From contig CAVVEU010000008.1 in assembly GCA_963747235.1 (NCBI GenBank), forward strand, positions 96,001-160,000: a stretch of 64,000 nucleotides of DNA, written 5' to 3'. Positions within the stretch are counted from its first letter, which is position 1; the number at the start of each line of letters is the position of its first letter. Made by a program: the position numbers and the translations under genes. Below are positions 53,360-62,653 of the stretch, one piece after another. The notes below the pieces were generated by a model. The model was not told the origin of the DNA, made no database searches, and saw only the letters and a list, made by a program, of their open reading frames with translations. The DNA is from an uncultured Candidatus Rokubacteria bacterium. Its GTDB lineage: Bacteria > Methylomirabilota > Methylomirabilia > Rokubacteriales > CSP1-6.

Positions 53360-54988
53360 CCGCGCCTTCTGCACCTTGTCGCCGTGCGGGCCCGGGGTCC
53401 GGGGCACGTCGGCCACCACGCGCACGTGGCGCGGCACCTTGAACGAGGCGATGCGCCCCCGGCAGTGCGCGATGACCTCCTCCTCCGTCACGCTCGCGCC
53501 GGGTCGCGGGATCACGTAGGCCACCGCCGCCTCGTTGGTGCGCGGGTCGGGGATGCCGATGACGAAGGCCTGTAGCACCTTCGGGTGCGTCTGCAGGTAG
53601 TCCTCGATCTCGCCGGGCGCCACCATGAAGTGGCTGATGCGCAGCACCTCGCGCAGGCGCCCGATGAAGACGACGCGGCCCGCGGCGTCGCGCACCGCCA
53701 GGTCGCCGGTCCGGAACCAGCCGTCGGGCGTGAAGGCCTTCGCGGTTTCCTCGGGCTTCTCGTAGTAGCCCTTCGTCACGAGCCGCCCGCGCAGCCAGAG
53801 CTCGCCCTCGTGATCCACCGGCTGATCCCGCCCGCTCTCCGGATCCACCACGCGCGCCTCGATGCCGTCGGCGGGCCAGATGCCGGCGCGGGCGCGGCTC
53901 TCGAGCGGCTCGTCGAGATCGTGCACCAGCGCCATGGCGTTGACCTCGGTCATGCCATAGGGCTGGAACGCCTGGCGCACGCCGAGCCGCTCCACCACCG
54001 CCTCGAAGAGACCCTGCACGCCGCCGCCGGTGGCCGCGAAGCCGCCGGTGCGCAGGCGCGAGCGATCGCGCCGCGCCAGGTCCGGGTGCTCGAGCATCGG
54101 GATCGCCATCGCGTCCACGCCGTTCCACACCGTCACGCGCTCGGTCTCCATGAGGCGGAGCGCGACCGCGGGCTCGAACGTCTCCATCAGGATCAGGGCC
54201 GCGCCGTGGCTGAGCGCGGCCAGGGGGATGCAGAGGCCGCCCCAGGTGCCGGACAGCGGCAGGGCGTGCAGCACGCGATCGTCCGGCGTCAGGCGCAGGA
54301 CCTCGCCGCACCACCAGCCGTGCGGCAGGCAGTTGTCGTGGGTGATGACCGCGCCCTTCGGGAACGACGTCGTCCCGGACGTGTAGAGGATGGTGAACGG
54401 ATCGTCGGGGCCCACGGACTCCGCGGCGCGGCCGAGGGCGGCCGCCCACTCGGGCGCGTCCCCGTCGTCGACCACGTCACGGAGGCGCAGGCATCCCGGG
54501 TAGGGATCGTCCGCGTCCACGATCACGCGACGGAGCAGCGGGAAGTCTTCCGCGAGGAGCTCGCCGGGCACGGAATCGGCCAAGGCCGGGAGCACCTCGG
54601 CGAGCGTCTCCAGGTAGTCCACCGGCCCCGCGTGGTCGGCGCAGACGAGCGTCGTCGCGTCCGACTGGCGCAGGATGTAGCGCAGCTCGTGAGCCTTGTA
54701 GCGCGTGTTGAGCGCCACCACCACCGCGCCGATCATCGCGCAGCCGTACTGGGCGAAGAGCCACTCGGGCCGCGTGGGCAGCCAGAGGGCGACCTTGTCG
54801 TTCTTCTTGACGCCATGGGCCAGCAGGCCGCGCGCCACGCGCTGCGCCTCGCGATGGAACCGCGCGTAGGTGATGCGCCGATCCGGCGCGACGATCGCCT
54901 CGCGCTCCGCCGCGCGCCCGGCCATCGCGCCGAGCATGTCGCCCACGGTCTTCCGCAGAAACGGATTGCCGTCTCCGGAGGGCAGCAT
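53330..54988 (-). CDS. Acyl-CoA ligase (AMP-binding)
   Basis: YTSGTTSFPKG, YGMTE, FRTGD, C-terminal KVQK. Confidence 0.92.
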   Translation of the reverse strand: MLPSGDGNPFLRKTVGDMLGAMAGRAAEREAIVAPDRRITYARFHREAQRVARGLLAHGVKKNDKVALWLPTRPEWLFAQYGCAMIGAVVVALNTRYKAHELRYILRQSDATTLVCADHAGPVDYLETLAEVLPALADSVPGELLAEDFPLLRRVIVDADDPYPGCLRLRDVVDDGDAPEWAAALGRAAESVGPDDPFTILYTSGTTSFPKGAVITHDNCLPHGWWCGEVLRLTPDDRVLHALPLSGTWGGLCIPLAALSHGAALILMETFEPAVALRLMETERVTVWNGVDAMAIPMLEHPDLARRDRSRLRTGGFAATGGGVQGLFEAVVERLGVRQAFQPYGMTEVNAMALVHDLDEPLESRARAGIWPADGIEARVVDPESGRDQPVDHEGELWLRGRLVTKGYYEKPEETAKAFTPDGWFRTGDLAVRDAAGRVVFIGRLREVLRISHFMVAPGEIEDYLQTHPKVLQAFVIGIPDPRTNEAAVAYVIPRPGASVTEEEVIAHCRGRIASFKVPRHVRVVADVPRTPGPHGDKVQKARLRAMFLGER

Positions 54989-55041
54989 GGGCCACATGCT
55001 AACGCTTTACACCGGGCGCCGAATGTGGAAGATGGAAGCCG

Positions 55042-55629
55042 ATGAAGTGCCAGAACGTGCGGCGTACGCTGTCCCTCTTCGTCGACGGGAAGCTCGCGCT
55101 CACTGAGTGGGCCATCATTCAGGGGCACCTGCTCGAGTGCGCCGAGTGCCGGAAGGAGCTCGACCGGCTCCGCGGGCTGGCGGGCGTGCGGGCCCGCGCC
55201 CACCTGCGCCGCACGACCGCGATGACCGCGGCGGCGATGGCCGTGGTGCTGGCGGTGGCCACGGTGGGCGGGGTCTTCATCTATCACGGGAGCTTCCCCG
55301 AGCTGCCGTCGTGGGGGACGCCGCCCCCGCCGCGGGTCGCCATCCCGCCCGCGCCGGCTCCCGAGCCGGTCGCGCCGGTGACCGTCCCGGCTCCGTTCGT
55401 GCGATCCTCGCCCCCGCCTCCCCCGCGGGCCAAGGGAACCGCCGAGGCGACGCCCTGGGGGACGGCGCCTCCCGCGCCCGAGCCGGCCGCGCGCGCGACG
55501 CGCCCGGCGGCCACCGCCGAGGCGCCCACCGAGGACCGCATGCCGACCACGCAGGCCCGCCCGCCCGCGGTGGTGAACGCTCCGCCGGACGCGGAGGCGA
55601 TGCCGACCCAGAGGCCTTCCCGCCGGTAG
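55042..55629 (+). CDS. zf-HC2 (ZAS) anti-sigma-like membrane protein with Pro-rich tail
   Basis: C3 plus HLLECAEC, one TM, Pro/Ala-rich C-terminus. Confidence 0.75.
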   Translation: MKCQNVRRTLSLFVDGKLALTEWAIIQGHLLECAECRKELDRLRGLAGVRARAHLRRTTAMTAAAMAVVLAVATVGGVFIYHGSFPELPSWGTPPPPRVAIPPAPAPEPVAPVTVPAPFVRSSPPPPPRAKGTAEATPWGTAPPAPEPAARATRPAATAEAPTEDRMPTTQARPPAVVNAPPDAEAMPTQRPSRR

Positions 55630-55644
55630 CGGGCGCCCGCCGGG

Positions 55645-55810
55645 CTAGGTGCGCTGGGCGTGGGTCTTCAGGTACTTGCCGACCGCTTCCAGCAGGAGCC
55701 CGAGCGCTTCCTTCTCGGTGCGCCCGGTCACGCTCACTTCCGGGTAGGACGACGGCGGTGGCCCGGAAGATCCCGCCCTCCTCCTGGACCATCTCGACCT
55801 CGATCCTCAT
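55645..55810 (-). CDS. HicB-like (UPF0150) small protein; frameshift near 55750
   Basis: Corrected read MRIEVEMVQEEGGIFRATAV.YPEVSVTGRTEKEALGLLLEAVGKYLK. Confidence 0.6.
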
Positions 55811-56608
55811 GCCGCGCCTCCGCGGGAGGTGCGGGCGCGCTCGGCCAGGAAGAGGTAGCGCGAGAGGCTGAAGAAGTACTCGCCCCGCGCGGCCTGGCTC
55901 CGCACGTCCTCGGCCCACCGCGCGGCCTCGTCCTCGGTGATCCCGCCCCGGCTGGCCACGAAGCGCGCGACCACGTCGATCATGCCGGGGCTGTAGGTCT
56001 GCTCGCTCATCTCGACGTTGACCACCGGGATCATCGTCACGGTCCGCACCGCGAAGCCGCTCCGCCGCAGCAGCTCGGGCAGGTGCGCGGGCAGGTGGGG
56101 ATGGGCGAAGCGCTGCTCCCAGGCCCGGAGGACCCGGGCGGTGCGCTCGCGGTCGCCCGCAGTGCCAGACGCAGGACTCCCAGTCGGTGTCGAGCACGGC
56201 GAGGCGCCCGCCCGGCTTCAGCACCCGATACGCTTCGGCCAGCCCCCGCTCGACGTCGGCCATGTACTCGTAGACCTGCATCGCGGTCACGAAGTCGACG
56301 CTGCCCGCCGCGGCGGGCACCGCCTCGGGATCGGCCTGGCGGAACTCGGTGCGGCCGGTGACCGCGTCGTGCCGGGCCCGCTCCTCGCAGGCGATGATCA
56401 TGTCCGGCACCGCGTCCACGCCCATGATCCGGCCGGTGGGGCCCACGTCGCGGGCCAGCTCGCAGGCGAGGAGGCCGAAGCCGCAGCCGATGTCGAGGCC
56501 GCGCTCGCCGGTGCGGGGCGCGATGATGGCGCGGATGCGCGCGCGCTGCTCCGAGACGTCCGGGGTGGACCGCGCGGGATCGAGGAGGGCCGGGTTGGCG
56601 ATCGTCAC
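55807..56608 (-). CDS. SAM-dependent methyltransferase (UbiE-like); frameshift near 56160
   Basis: LDIGCGFG, RVLKPGG, DTDW. Confidence 0.87.
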
Positions 56609-56614
56609 GCCGGA

Positions 56615-56643
56615 ACGCTAACAGCGCCCGGCCCTCCCGTCAA
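56615..56643 (-). promoter_or_regulatory. Leaderless sigma70 promoter of methyltransferase
   Basis: TTGACG-17 nt-TAGCGT-6 nt-GTG. Confidence 0.7.
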
Positions 56644-56678
56644 CCGGTTGCGTCCCCGGGCCGCCCGCCCCCCGCCCG

Positions 56679-57062
56679 CTACGCGCGAGGCTTCTGCGCG
56701 AGGACCTGCAGGACGACCTGACGCATGTCGGCCAGGTTGAAGGGTTTCTCGAGCGCGGGCTCGCCGGTCTCGGAGAGGAAGGTCGCGTACTCCTCGATGC
56801 CGGTATTCGCGCTCATGAAGATGAACCGGGGCGGATTGTCCGCGTAGCGCTGGCGGATCGCGCGGTAGAGGTCGGGGCCCTCGAGGTTGGGCATGCGCAG
56901 ATCGGTGACCACGAGATCGGGGCGGTGCTCCTCGGCGCGCTGGAAGCCCTCGGCGCCGTCCGTCGCGCTGTCCACCTCGTGGCCGTCGCGCTTCAGCACT
57001 TCCACCAGCACGTCGCGGAGGTTGTCCTCGTCGTCCACCACGAGGATGCGGGCCCGCGCCAT
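56679..57062 (-). CDS. Single-domain response regulator
   Basis: ILVVDDE, TDLRMP, MSA, KPF. Confidence 0.92.
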   Translation of the reverse strand: MARARILVVDDEDNLRDVLVEVLKRDGHEVDSATDGAEGFQRAEEHRPDLVVTDLRMPNLEGPDLYRAIRQRYADNPPRFIFMSANTGIEEYATFLSETGEPALEKPFNLADMRQVVLQVLAQKPRA

Positions 57063-57063
57063 G

Positions 57064-58269
57064 CTAGCTCCGGGCGTCGAGGATGGCCTGCGCGATCAGC
57101 CCGGCGCCCTCGTAGCAGCGCTCGGGGGACTCGAAGCTGAAGGCCAGCCGGATGTGGCGCTCGCCGCCCCCGTTGGGGAAGAAGGACGTGCCCGCGGTGT
57201 ACTGCACGCGCGCCTTGACCGCCGCGTCGTACAGCTTCGCGGTGTCGGTGCCGGTCGGCAGCTTGATCCAGATGAAGAACCCGCCCTCGGGCCGGCTGAT
57301 CTCGACGTCGGTGTCCCGCAGCTTCTCCCACAGCCCGCGCAGCATGGCGTCGCGCTTGGCGCGGTAGACGTTGACGAGCAGGGCCACGTGGGGCGCCAGG
57401 TTGTCGCGCAGGAAGTAGGTGGCCACGCGTGACGCGAACGGATTCACGCCGCCCCCGAAGAGGAAGCCCTGGAAGGCGGGGATCATCTCCTTGGGCGCGC
57501 AGAGCCAGCCGAGGCGGAAGCCCGCGCCCAGGATCTTGGACACGGTCCCGGCGCGCATCACCCGCCCGCCGCCGTCCAGCGCGTAGAGCGAGGGCAGGTG
57601 CTCGCCCTCGAAGCGCAGCTCGCCGTAGGCGTCGTCCTCCAGGATGAGCGTGTCGTACTCGTGGGCGAGGTCGATCAGCTCCCGCCGCCGGCGCAGGGAG
57701 AGCGACGGCCCCGACGGGTTCTGGAAGTTCACGATCGTGTAGATGAGCTTGCAGCGGCGGCCCTGCTTCCGGAGCGTGGCCAGGTGCTCCCGCGCGACGT
57801 CCACGACGAGCCCGTCCTGATCCACCGGCACGTCGAGCACCTGCGGGCCGTGGCGGCGGATGGTCTGGAGCGTGCCGGAGAAGGTCGGGGCCTCGGACAG
57901 GATCACGTCGCCCGGGTCCACGAGGGCGCTGAAGGCCAGGGAGAGCGCGTGCCCGGAGCCGTTCGAGATGATGATGTTGTCGGGACCGACCTTGAGCCCC
58001 TCGAAGAGGCCGTACTTGTGGCACACCAGCTCGCGCAGGCCGCGGTAGCCCTGCGCCTCGCCGTAGGTGAGCGCCTCGGCGCCCTCGGCCCGGATCATCC
58101 GGGCGGTGGCGTCGATGAGGCCGTCGTAGGGGAAGGACGCGGGATCCGGGAGCCCGCCCCCGAACTCGTACAGCGCATTGGTGACCGGACGCGCGGCGGC
58201 CGGCGCGCCCCAGCCGATGCGGGCACGCGTGGACAGCAGCTCGACGAAGGAACGAGGGGCGGTGGTCAT
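57064..58269 (-). CDS. Class I/II PLP aminotransferase (MocR-like, no HTH)
   Basis: GGLPDP, NFQNPSG, EDDAY, SKILGAGFRLGW. Confidence 0.9.
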   Translation of the reverse strand: MTTAPRSFVELLSTRARIGWGAPAAARPVTNALYEFGGGLPDPASFPYDGLIDATARMIRAEGAEALTYGEAQGYRGLRELVCHKYGLFEGLKVGPDNIIISNGSGHALSLAFSALVDPGDVILSEAPTFSGTLQTIRRHGPQVLDVPVDQDGLVVDVAREHLATLRKQGRRCKLIYTIVNFQNPSGPSLSLRRRRELIDLAHEYDTLILEDDAYGELRFEGEHLPSLYALDGGGRVMRAGTVSKILGAGFRLGWLCAPKEMIPAFQGFLFGGGVNPFASRVATYFLRDNLAPHVALLVNVYRAKRDAMLRGLWEKLRDTDVEISRPEGGFFIWIKLPTGTDTAKLYDAAVKARVQYTAGTSFFPNGGGERHIRLAFSFESPERCYEGAGLIAQAILDARS

Positions 58270-58279
58270 CGGGTGGCTC

Positions 58280-58990
58280 TCAGCGTTTCTTTGGTGGTGG
58301 GGAGTAGGTCGTGAGCACCTTGACGAAGGGCTGCGCGCCGGCGGGCACCGCGTAACGGCCGCCCAGCAGGACGTCGCGGGAGTCGGCCTTGGCGCCGTAG
58401 AGCGTGCGGATCGCCTTGCCGTCGGGCTGCACGGTGGCCCCCTCGAAGGAGGCGCCCGCGAAGAAGCCGGTGGAGCGCGCGTAGGAGAAGATCTCGGCCT
58501 TGAACGACCCGTCGGTGTTGGCGGCGTCGTGCAGGCTCTTGGGCCCCGCGGTCAGCGACACGTCGCCCCCGAGGGTGGTCTCGCTCTTGAGCAGGCTCTC
58601 CACGCCCTTGTCGCTCATGACGACCAGGACGAGGTCGATGACCTGGCCGCCGAGCTGCAGGCCGAAGCTGCCGCCGCCCACCGTGAAGAAGGCGGGCGCG
58701 CTCCAGCGCCCGTCGGAGGCCCGCTTGACGCTCATCACGCCTTCGCCGTGCCGGCCGCCGACGATCACCGCGCCCTTCTTCACCTGGGGGAAGACCGCGA
58801 TCGCGCGCGCCCGCGCCAGCATCTCGCGGGGGATCGCGGTGTCCTCCTTGCCGGAGGCCATCTCGCCGAGCACGGAGGTCGCCTTGCGCAGTCGCTCGCC
58901 GAGCTCGCCCGCGCTGTCGGCCCGGGCGCCGACGACCGGCCCGAGGAGGACCAGCAGCCCGAGCGCGGCGCCCCACGCGAGTCGTCTCAT
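58280..58990 (-). CDS. Secreted SYLF/Ysc84 lipid-binding domain protein
   Basis: Signal peptide, GGRHGEG, WSAP, GLQLGGQ, YARSTGFFAG. Confidence 0.88.
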   Translation of the reverse strand: MRRLAWGAALGLLVLLGPVVGARADSAGELGERLRKATSVLGEMASGKEDTAIPREMLARARAIAVFPQVKKGAVIVGGRHGEGVMSVKRASDGRWSAPAFFTVGGGSFGLQLGGQVIDLVLVVMSDKGVESLLKSETTLGGDVSLTAGPKSLHDAANTDGSFKAEIFSYARSTGFFAGASFEGATVQPDGKAIRTLYGAKADSRDVLLGGRYAVPAGAQPFVKVLTTYSPPPKKR

Positions 58991-59098
58991 AACACGAGGA
59001 TTTTAGCCCATTTCCGATCAGGCTGCCCACTTCGCGGGCGGCATTTGTTCGGCGCCTTTCGAGTTATCCTGAACCGGGAGCGATCCCGGGAGGGCCCC

Positions 59099-59890
59099 AT
59101 GAGGCTATCGAGACGGGTATTCCTCAGATCGGGACTGGGAGGCGTGGGCGGCTTGCTCGCGGCCGGCGAGGCGCACGCCTCCCTCGAGATTGCCAATCCC
59201 GACGTGCGACAGCGCCTGGTCATCGTCAACGCCGACGATCTCGGCCTGTCCGACGAGATCGACCGCGGCATCTTCGAGGCGCACGACCGCGGCATCGTCA
59301 CGAGCGCGAGCCTCCTGGTGGACGGGCCGCACGCCGCCGACGCGGTCCGGCTCGCCCGGCAGCGCCCCGAATCTCGGCCTGGGCATTCACGTGGCCTTCG
59401 ACGACCGCGGGCGGTGGCTGATCAACGTGCAGGATCCGCGGGTCGTGCAGCGGGAGGTGGCGCGCCAGCTCGACGCCTTCGTGCGGATGACCGGCGCCCC
59501 ACCCACCCACATCGACTCGCACCATCACGCCCACCGGTTCTTCAACGTGGCGCGCCACTTCATCGAGGCGGGCCAGCGCCTGGACGTGCCGGTGCGCGGG
59601 TTCTCGGAGGTCTTCTTCGTGGGGCGCTTCTGGGGGCAGCCGGAGCTCGGCCGCACCGACATGACGAAGATCAGCGTGGAGTACCTGCTCGCGCTGCTCC
59701 GGTCCCTCGGCCCCGGGATCTCGGAGGTGTCCTGCCACCCCGGCCACGTCGAGAGCCGCCCCGACGCGCTCTACAACCGGGAGCGCGAGGTCGAGCTGCG
59801 CTCCCTCTGCGACGCGCAGGTGAGGGCCGCGATCGCGGAGGAAGGCATCCGCCTGATCAGCTTCCGCGAGTACGCGCGGATCGCGGCTAG
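59099..59890 (+). CDS. ChbG/HpnK/YdjC deacetylase with Tat leader; frameshift near 59370
   Basis: SRRVFL...AHA, NADDLG, THIDSHHH, CHPG. Confidence 0.85.
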   Translation: MRLSRRVFLRSGLGGVGGLLAAGEAHASLEIANPDVRQRLVIVNADDLGLSDEIDRGIFEAHDRGIVTSASLLVDGPHAADAVRLARQRPESRPGHSRGLRRPRAVADQRAGSAGRAAGGGAPARRLRADDRRPTHPHRLAPSRPPVLQRGAPLHRGGPAPGRAGARVLGGLLRGALLGAAGARPHRHDEDQRGVPARAAPVPRPRDLGGVLPPRPRREPPRRALQPGARGRAALPLRRAGEGRDRGGRHPPDQLPRVRADRG

Positions 59891-61077
59891 GCCACGACCT
59901 TCTTGTCGCGGAGCGTCTTGATGTCCCCCGCGGGGATTCCCAGCTCGCCCAGCACCTGATCGGTGTGCTCGCCCGAATGCGGGGCGGCGCTCCGGATCGT
60001 TCCCGGGGTGTCGGAGAGCTTGATGGGCTGGCCGAACTGCTTCACGATGCCGTGCACCGGGTGGCGCATCTCCACGATCATGTCGCGCGCCTGCACCTGC
60101 GGGTCGGCCACGACCTCCTCGGGCTCGTAGACCTTGCCGACGCAGACGTCGGCCTTGACCAGGAAGTCGTACCACTCGTCCCGGGTGCGCGTCCGGATGA
60201 TGGCCTCGATCTCCTCGCGGGCCGCCACCTCTTCCGCGTTGGCCGCCCGCACGAACTGGTCGGCCTTGCGGGCGAACTTCACCATGTCCGGCCGGTTGAT
60301 GGCCTTGCAGAAGTTCTCCCAGAGCCAGGGCTCGGTGCACCCGATGGTCAGGTGCTTGCCGTCCTTGGTGTCGTAGACCGCGTAGTACGGATAGGACCCG
60401 CCCAGGAAGCCCTCGCCGCGCTTGGGCGCCATCCCGTCGCTCCAGAAGAAGCGCATGTTGGGCGTGGCCGCGAGCAGGGCCAGCGAGGTGTCGAGGTAGG
60501 AGACGTCCACGTGCTGGCCCCGGCCGGTGCGCTCGCGCGCGAACAGCGCCATCATGATGCCGAGCGCGCCGTGCATGCTGGCCCCGCCGTAGTCGGCCAC
60601 CAGGTTGAGCGGGAAGATCGGCTTGCGGCCCGGCTCGCCGATGAGGTTCAGCACCCCGGCCATCGAGAGGTAGTTGCCGTCGTGGGCCGGGTAGTCCTTG
60701 TACGGGCCGTTGTGGCCGAAGCCGGAGAGCGAGCAGTAGACCAGGCGCGGGTTCGTGGCCGAGAGCGTCTCGTAGTCGCCGCCCAGGCGCTTCATCACGC
60801 CGGGCCGGAAGCCCTCCACGATGACGTCGGCGGTGGCCGCGAGCTTCTTGAAGATGGCCTGGCCCTCGGGCGCCTTCATGTTGAGCGCGAGCGAGCGCTT
60901 GTTGCGGTTGACATAGGCGAACGCGGCGCGCCGCTTGGTGGCGGCGTCCTCGGCCTCGGTGGGCGGCGTCTCGATCTTCAGCACGTCCGCGCCCATGTCG
61001 GCCATGAACATGCCGGGCAGCTCCGCGGGGGGAACCCGCGCCATCTCCAGCACCTTGATTCCGTCCAGCACTCCCAT
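59887..61077 (-). CDS. CaiB/BaiF family III CoA-transferase
   Basis: MADMGADVLKIE, NRNKRS, GFRPG, ADYGG, GEHTD. Confidence 0.92.
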   Translation of the reverse strand: MGVLDGIKVLEMARVPPAELPGMFMADMGADVLKIETPPTEAEDAATKRRAAFAYVNRNKRSLALNMKAPEGQAIFKKLAATADVIVEGFRPGVMKRLGGDYETLSATNPRLVYCSLSGFGHNGPYKDYPAHDGNYLSMAGVLNLIGEPGRKPIFPLNLVADYGGASMHGALGIMMALFARERTGRGQHVDVSYLDTSLALLAATPNMRFFWSDGMAPKRGEGFLGGSYPYYAVYDTKDGKHLTIGCTEPWLWENFCKAINRPDMVKFARKADQFVRAANAEEVAAREEIEAIIRTRTRDEWYDFLVKADVCVGKVYEPEEVVADPQVQARDMIVEMRHPVHGIVKQFGQPIKLSDTPGTIRSAAPHSGEHTDQVLGELGIPAGDIKTLRDKKVVA

Positions 61078-61088
61078 GGGGGCTCTCC

Positions 61089-61844
61089 TTACCGGTAGGC
61101 GTCGGGCGCCTTGACGGCCTTGTCCCAGAACGCGGGGTCGTGGCTCGGGAAGATGCGCCCGCCGGTGAGCCGGGCGAGCGTCTTGAGCCGCTTGATGCTG
61201 TGCATGGCCCGGGTCGGGTCCCACACGACGCCGGGCGGGATCTCCTCGTCGATCGAGCGCTGCCAGTAGCAGGAATCGCCGGCCAGGATCACCGGGCCGG
61301 TCCGGGGAAGCTCCACCAGCAGCGACTGATGCCCCGGGGTGTGGCCGTCGCTGCGCAGCGCGGTCACGCCCGGGACGAGCTCGGTGTCGCCGTCGAGCAG
61401 GCGCCAGCGGTAGCCGGGCAGGTCGAAGTTCTTGCGGTAGTAGTAGGAGGCGAAGAACGCGGCCGGGTACTGCGCGTACGCGTACTCCTCCTTCTGCACC
61501 ACCAGCTCGGAGGTGTCGAAGATCGCGGCCCCGCCCGCGTGGTCGAAGTGCAGGTGGCTCAGGACGACCAGGTCCACGTCCTTGGGCTCGAGCCCGATCG
61601 AGTCGAGCCGGTGCACGAGCAGATCCTCGTCGCCGAAGCGGCAGAGCGGGTCCTGGCGCACGAGGCCGGGGACCGCGCGGGGCGAGATGCCGGTGTCGAA
61701 GAGGATGGTCGCGTCCCCGGTGCGCACCAGGTAGCAGGTGACCGGGATGGCCACGCGCTCGGCCGAGCGGTCGCCGTAGAAGAGCCCCGCGGTCTCGAAG
61801 CCCAGGAAGCCGTTCTGCAGCGCGTAGAGCGCCTCGACCGCCAT
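61089..61844 (-). CDS. N-acyl-homoserine lactonase-family metallo-beta-lactamase fold protein
   Basis: HLHFDH, GHTPGH, GD..Y, HDP. Confidence 0.88.
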   Translation of the reverse strand: MAVEALYALQNGFLGFETAGLFYGDRSAERVAIPVTCYLVRTGDATILFDTGISPRAVPGLVRQDPLCRFGDEDLLVHRLDSIGLEPKDVDLVVLSHLHFDHAGGAAIFDTSELVVQKEEYAYAQYPAAFFASYYYRKNFDLPGYRWRLLDGDTELVPGVTALRSDGHTPGHQSLLVELPRTGPVILAGDSCYWQRSIDEEIPPGVVWDPTRAMHSIKRLKTLARLTGGRIFPSHDPAFWDKAVKAPDAYR

Positions 61845-61846
61845 GC

Positions 61847-62572
61847 TCAGGCGCGGGACTTGGCGGGGCGGCGGGCTCGGGCGGCCTTCGGGCGGGCGGC
61901 CGGCACCAGCGGGTCGTAGATCCAGATCTTGTTGGCGGCGCTGATCCCCATGGTGACGGTGCGGCCGTCCAGCATGATGGAGACGGTGCCCGCGTAGGGG
62001 GCGATCTCGCTCACCACGATGCGGCTGCCCGGCCGGATCCCGCTCTCCCAGAGGAAGCGCAGGAGCTGGCGGTCGGCCTCCGCCTCCTCGGTGATGCGCT
62101 CGACCACGAACGGGTGGCCCGCGGGGGCCTGGCTGAGCGGGATCGGGCTGTGCGCCTCGGGGGCGGGCATGCCCGGGATCGGGTTGCCGTGCGGGCAGGT
62201 GCTCGGCATGCCGAGGGTCTCGGCGAGCCGCTCCTCGACCACCGGGGAGAGCGCGTGCTCGAGGCGATGGGCCTCGTCGTGCGCGCGCGACCAGTCGAGC
62301 CCGAGCACGTCGGTCAGCCAGCGCTCGATCAGGCGATGCCGGCGCGCCATGGTCTCGGCGATGCCGAGCCCCTTGGTGGTGAGCCGGATCTCCTTGCGGC
62401 CCCCGAGGCGGATGTAGCCGTCCTTCTGCATGCGGCGCAGCGCCTCGGTGATGGACGGCGCGGAGACGTGCATGTGCCGCGCGAGCCGCGCGCCGATCAC
62501 CGGCTTGTCGGTGCCGGCCAGATCGTAGATCGCGCCCAGGTAGTCCTGGATCGCCGGAGTGGTCTCGTTCAT
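61847..62572 (-). CDS. DtxR/MntR metal-dependent regulator with FeoA-like domain
   Basis: DYLGAIY, RRHRLIE, EAHRLEH, CPHGNPIP; TTGCCC-17-TATGCT-7-ATG. Confidence 0.9.
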   Translation of the reverse strand: MNETTPAIQDYLGAIYDLAGTDKPVIGARLARHMHVSAPSITEALRRMQKDGYIRLGGRKEIRLTTKGLGIAETMARRHRLIERWLTDVLGLDWSRAHDEAHRLEHALSPVVEERLAETLGMPSTCPHGNPIPGMPAPEAHSPIPLSQAPAGHPFVVERITEEAEADRQLLRFLWESGIRPGSRIVVSEIAPYAGTVSIMLDGRTVTMGISAANKIWIYDPLVPAARPKAARARRPAKSRA

Positions 62573-62653
62573 GGCCGCCAGCATACCGACCGGCGCGGCG
62601 GCGGGCAAGTCCCCGGGCGGCCGTGATATTCTTGCCCGACCAGGAGGCCGACC

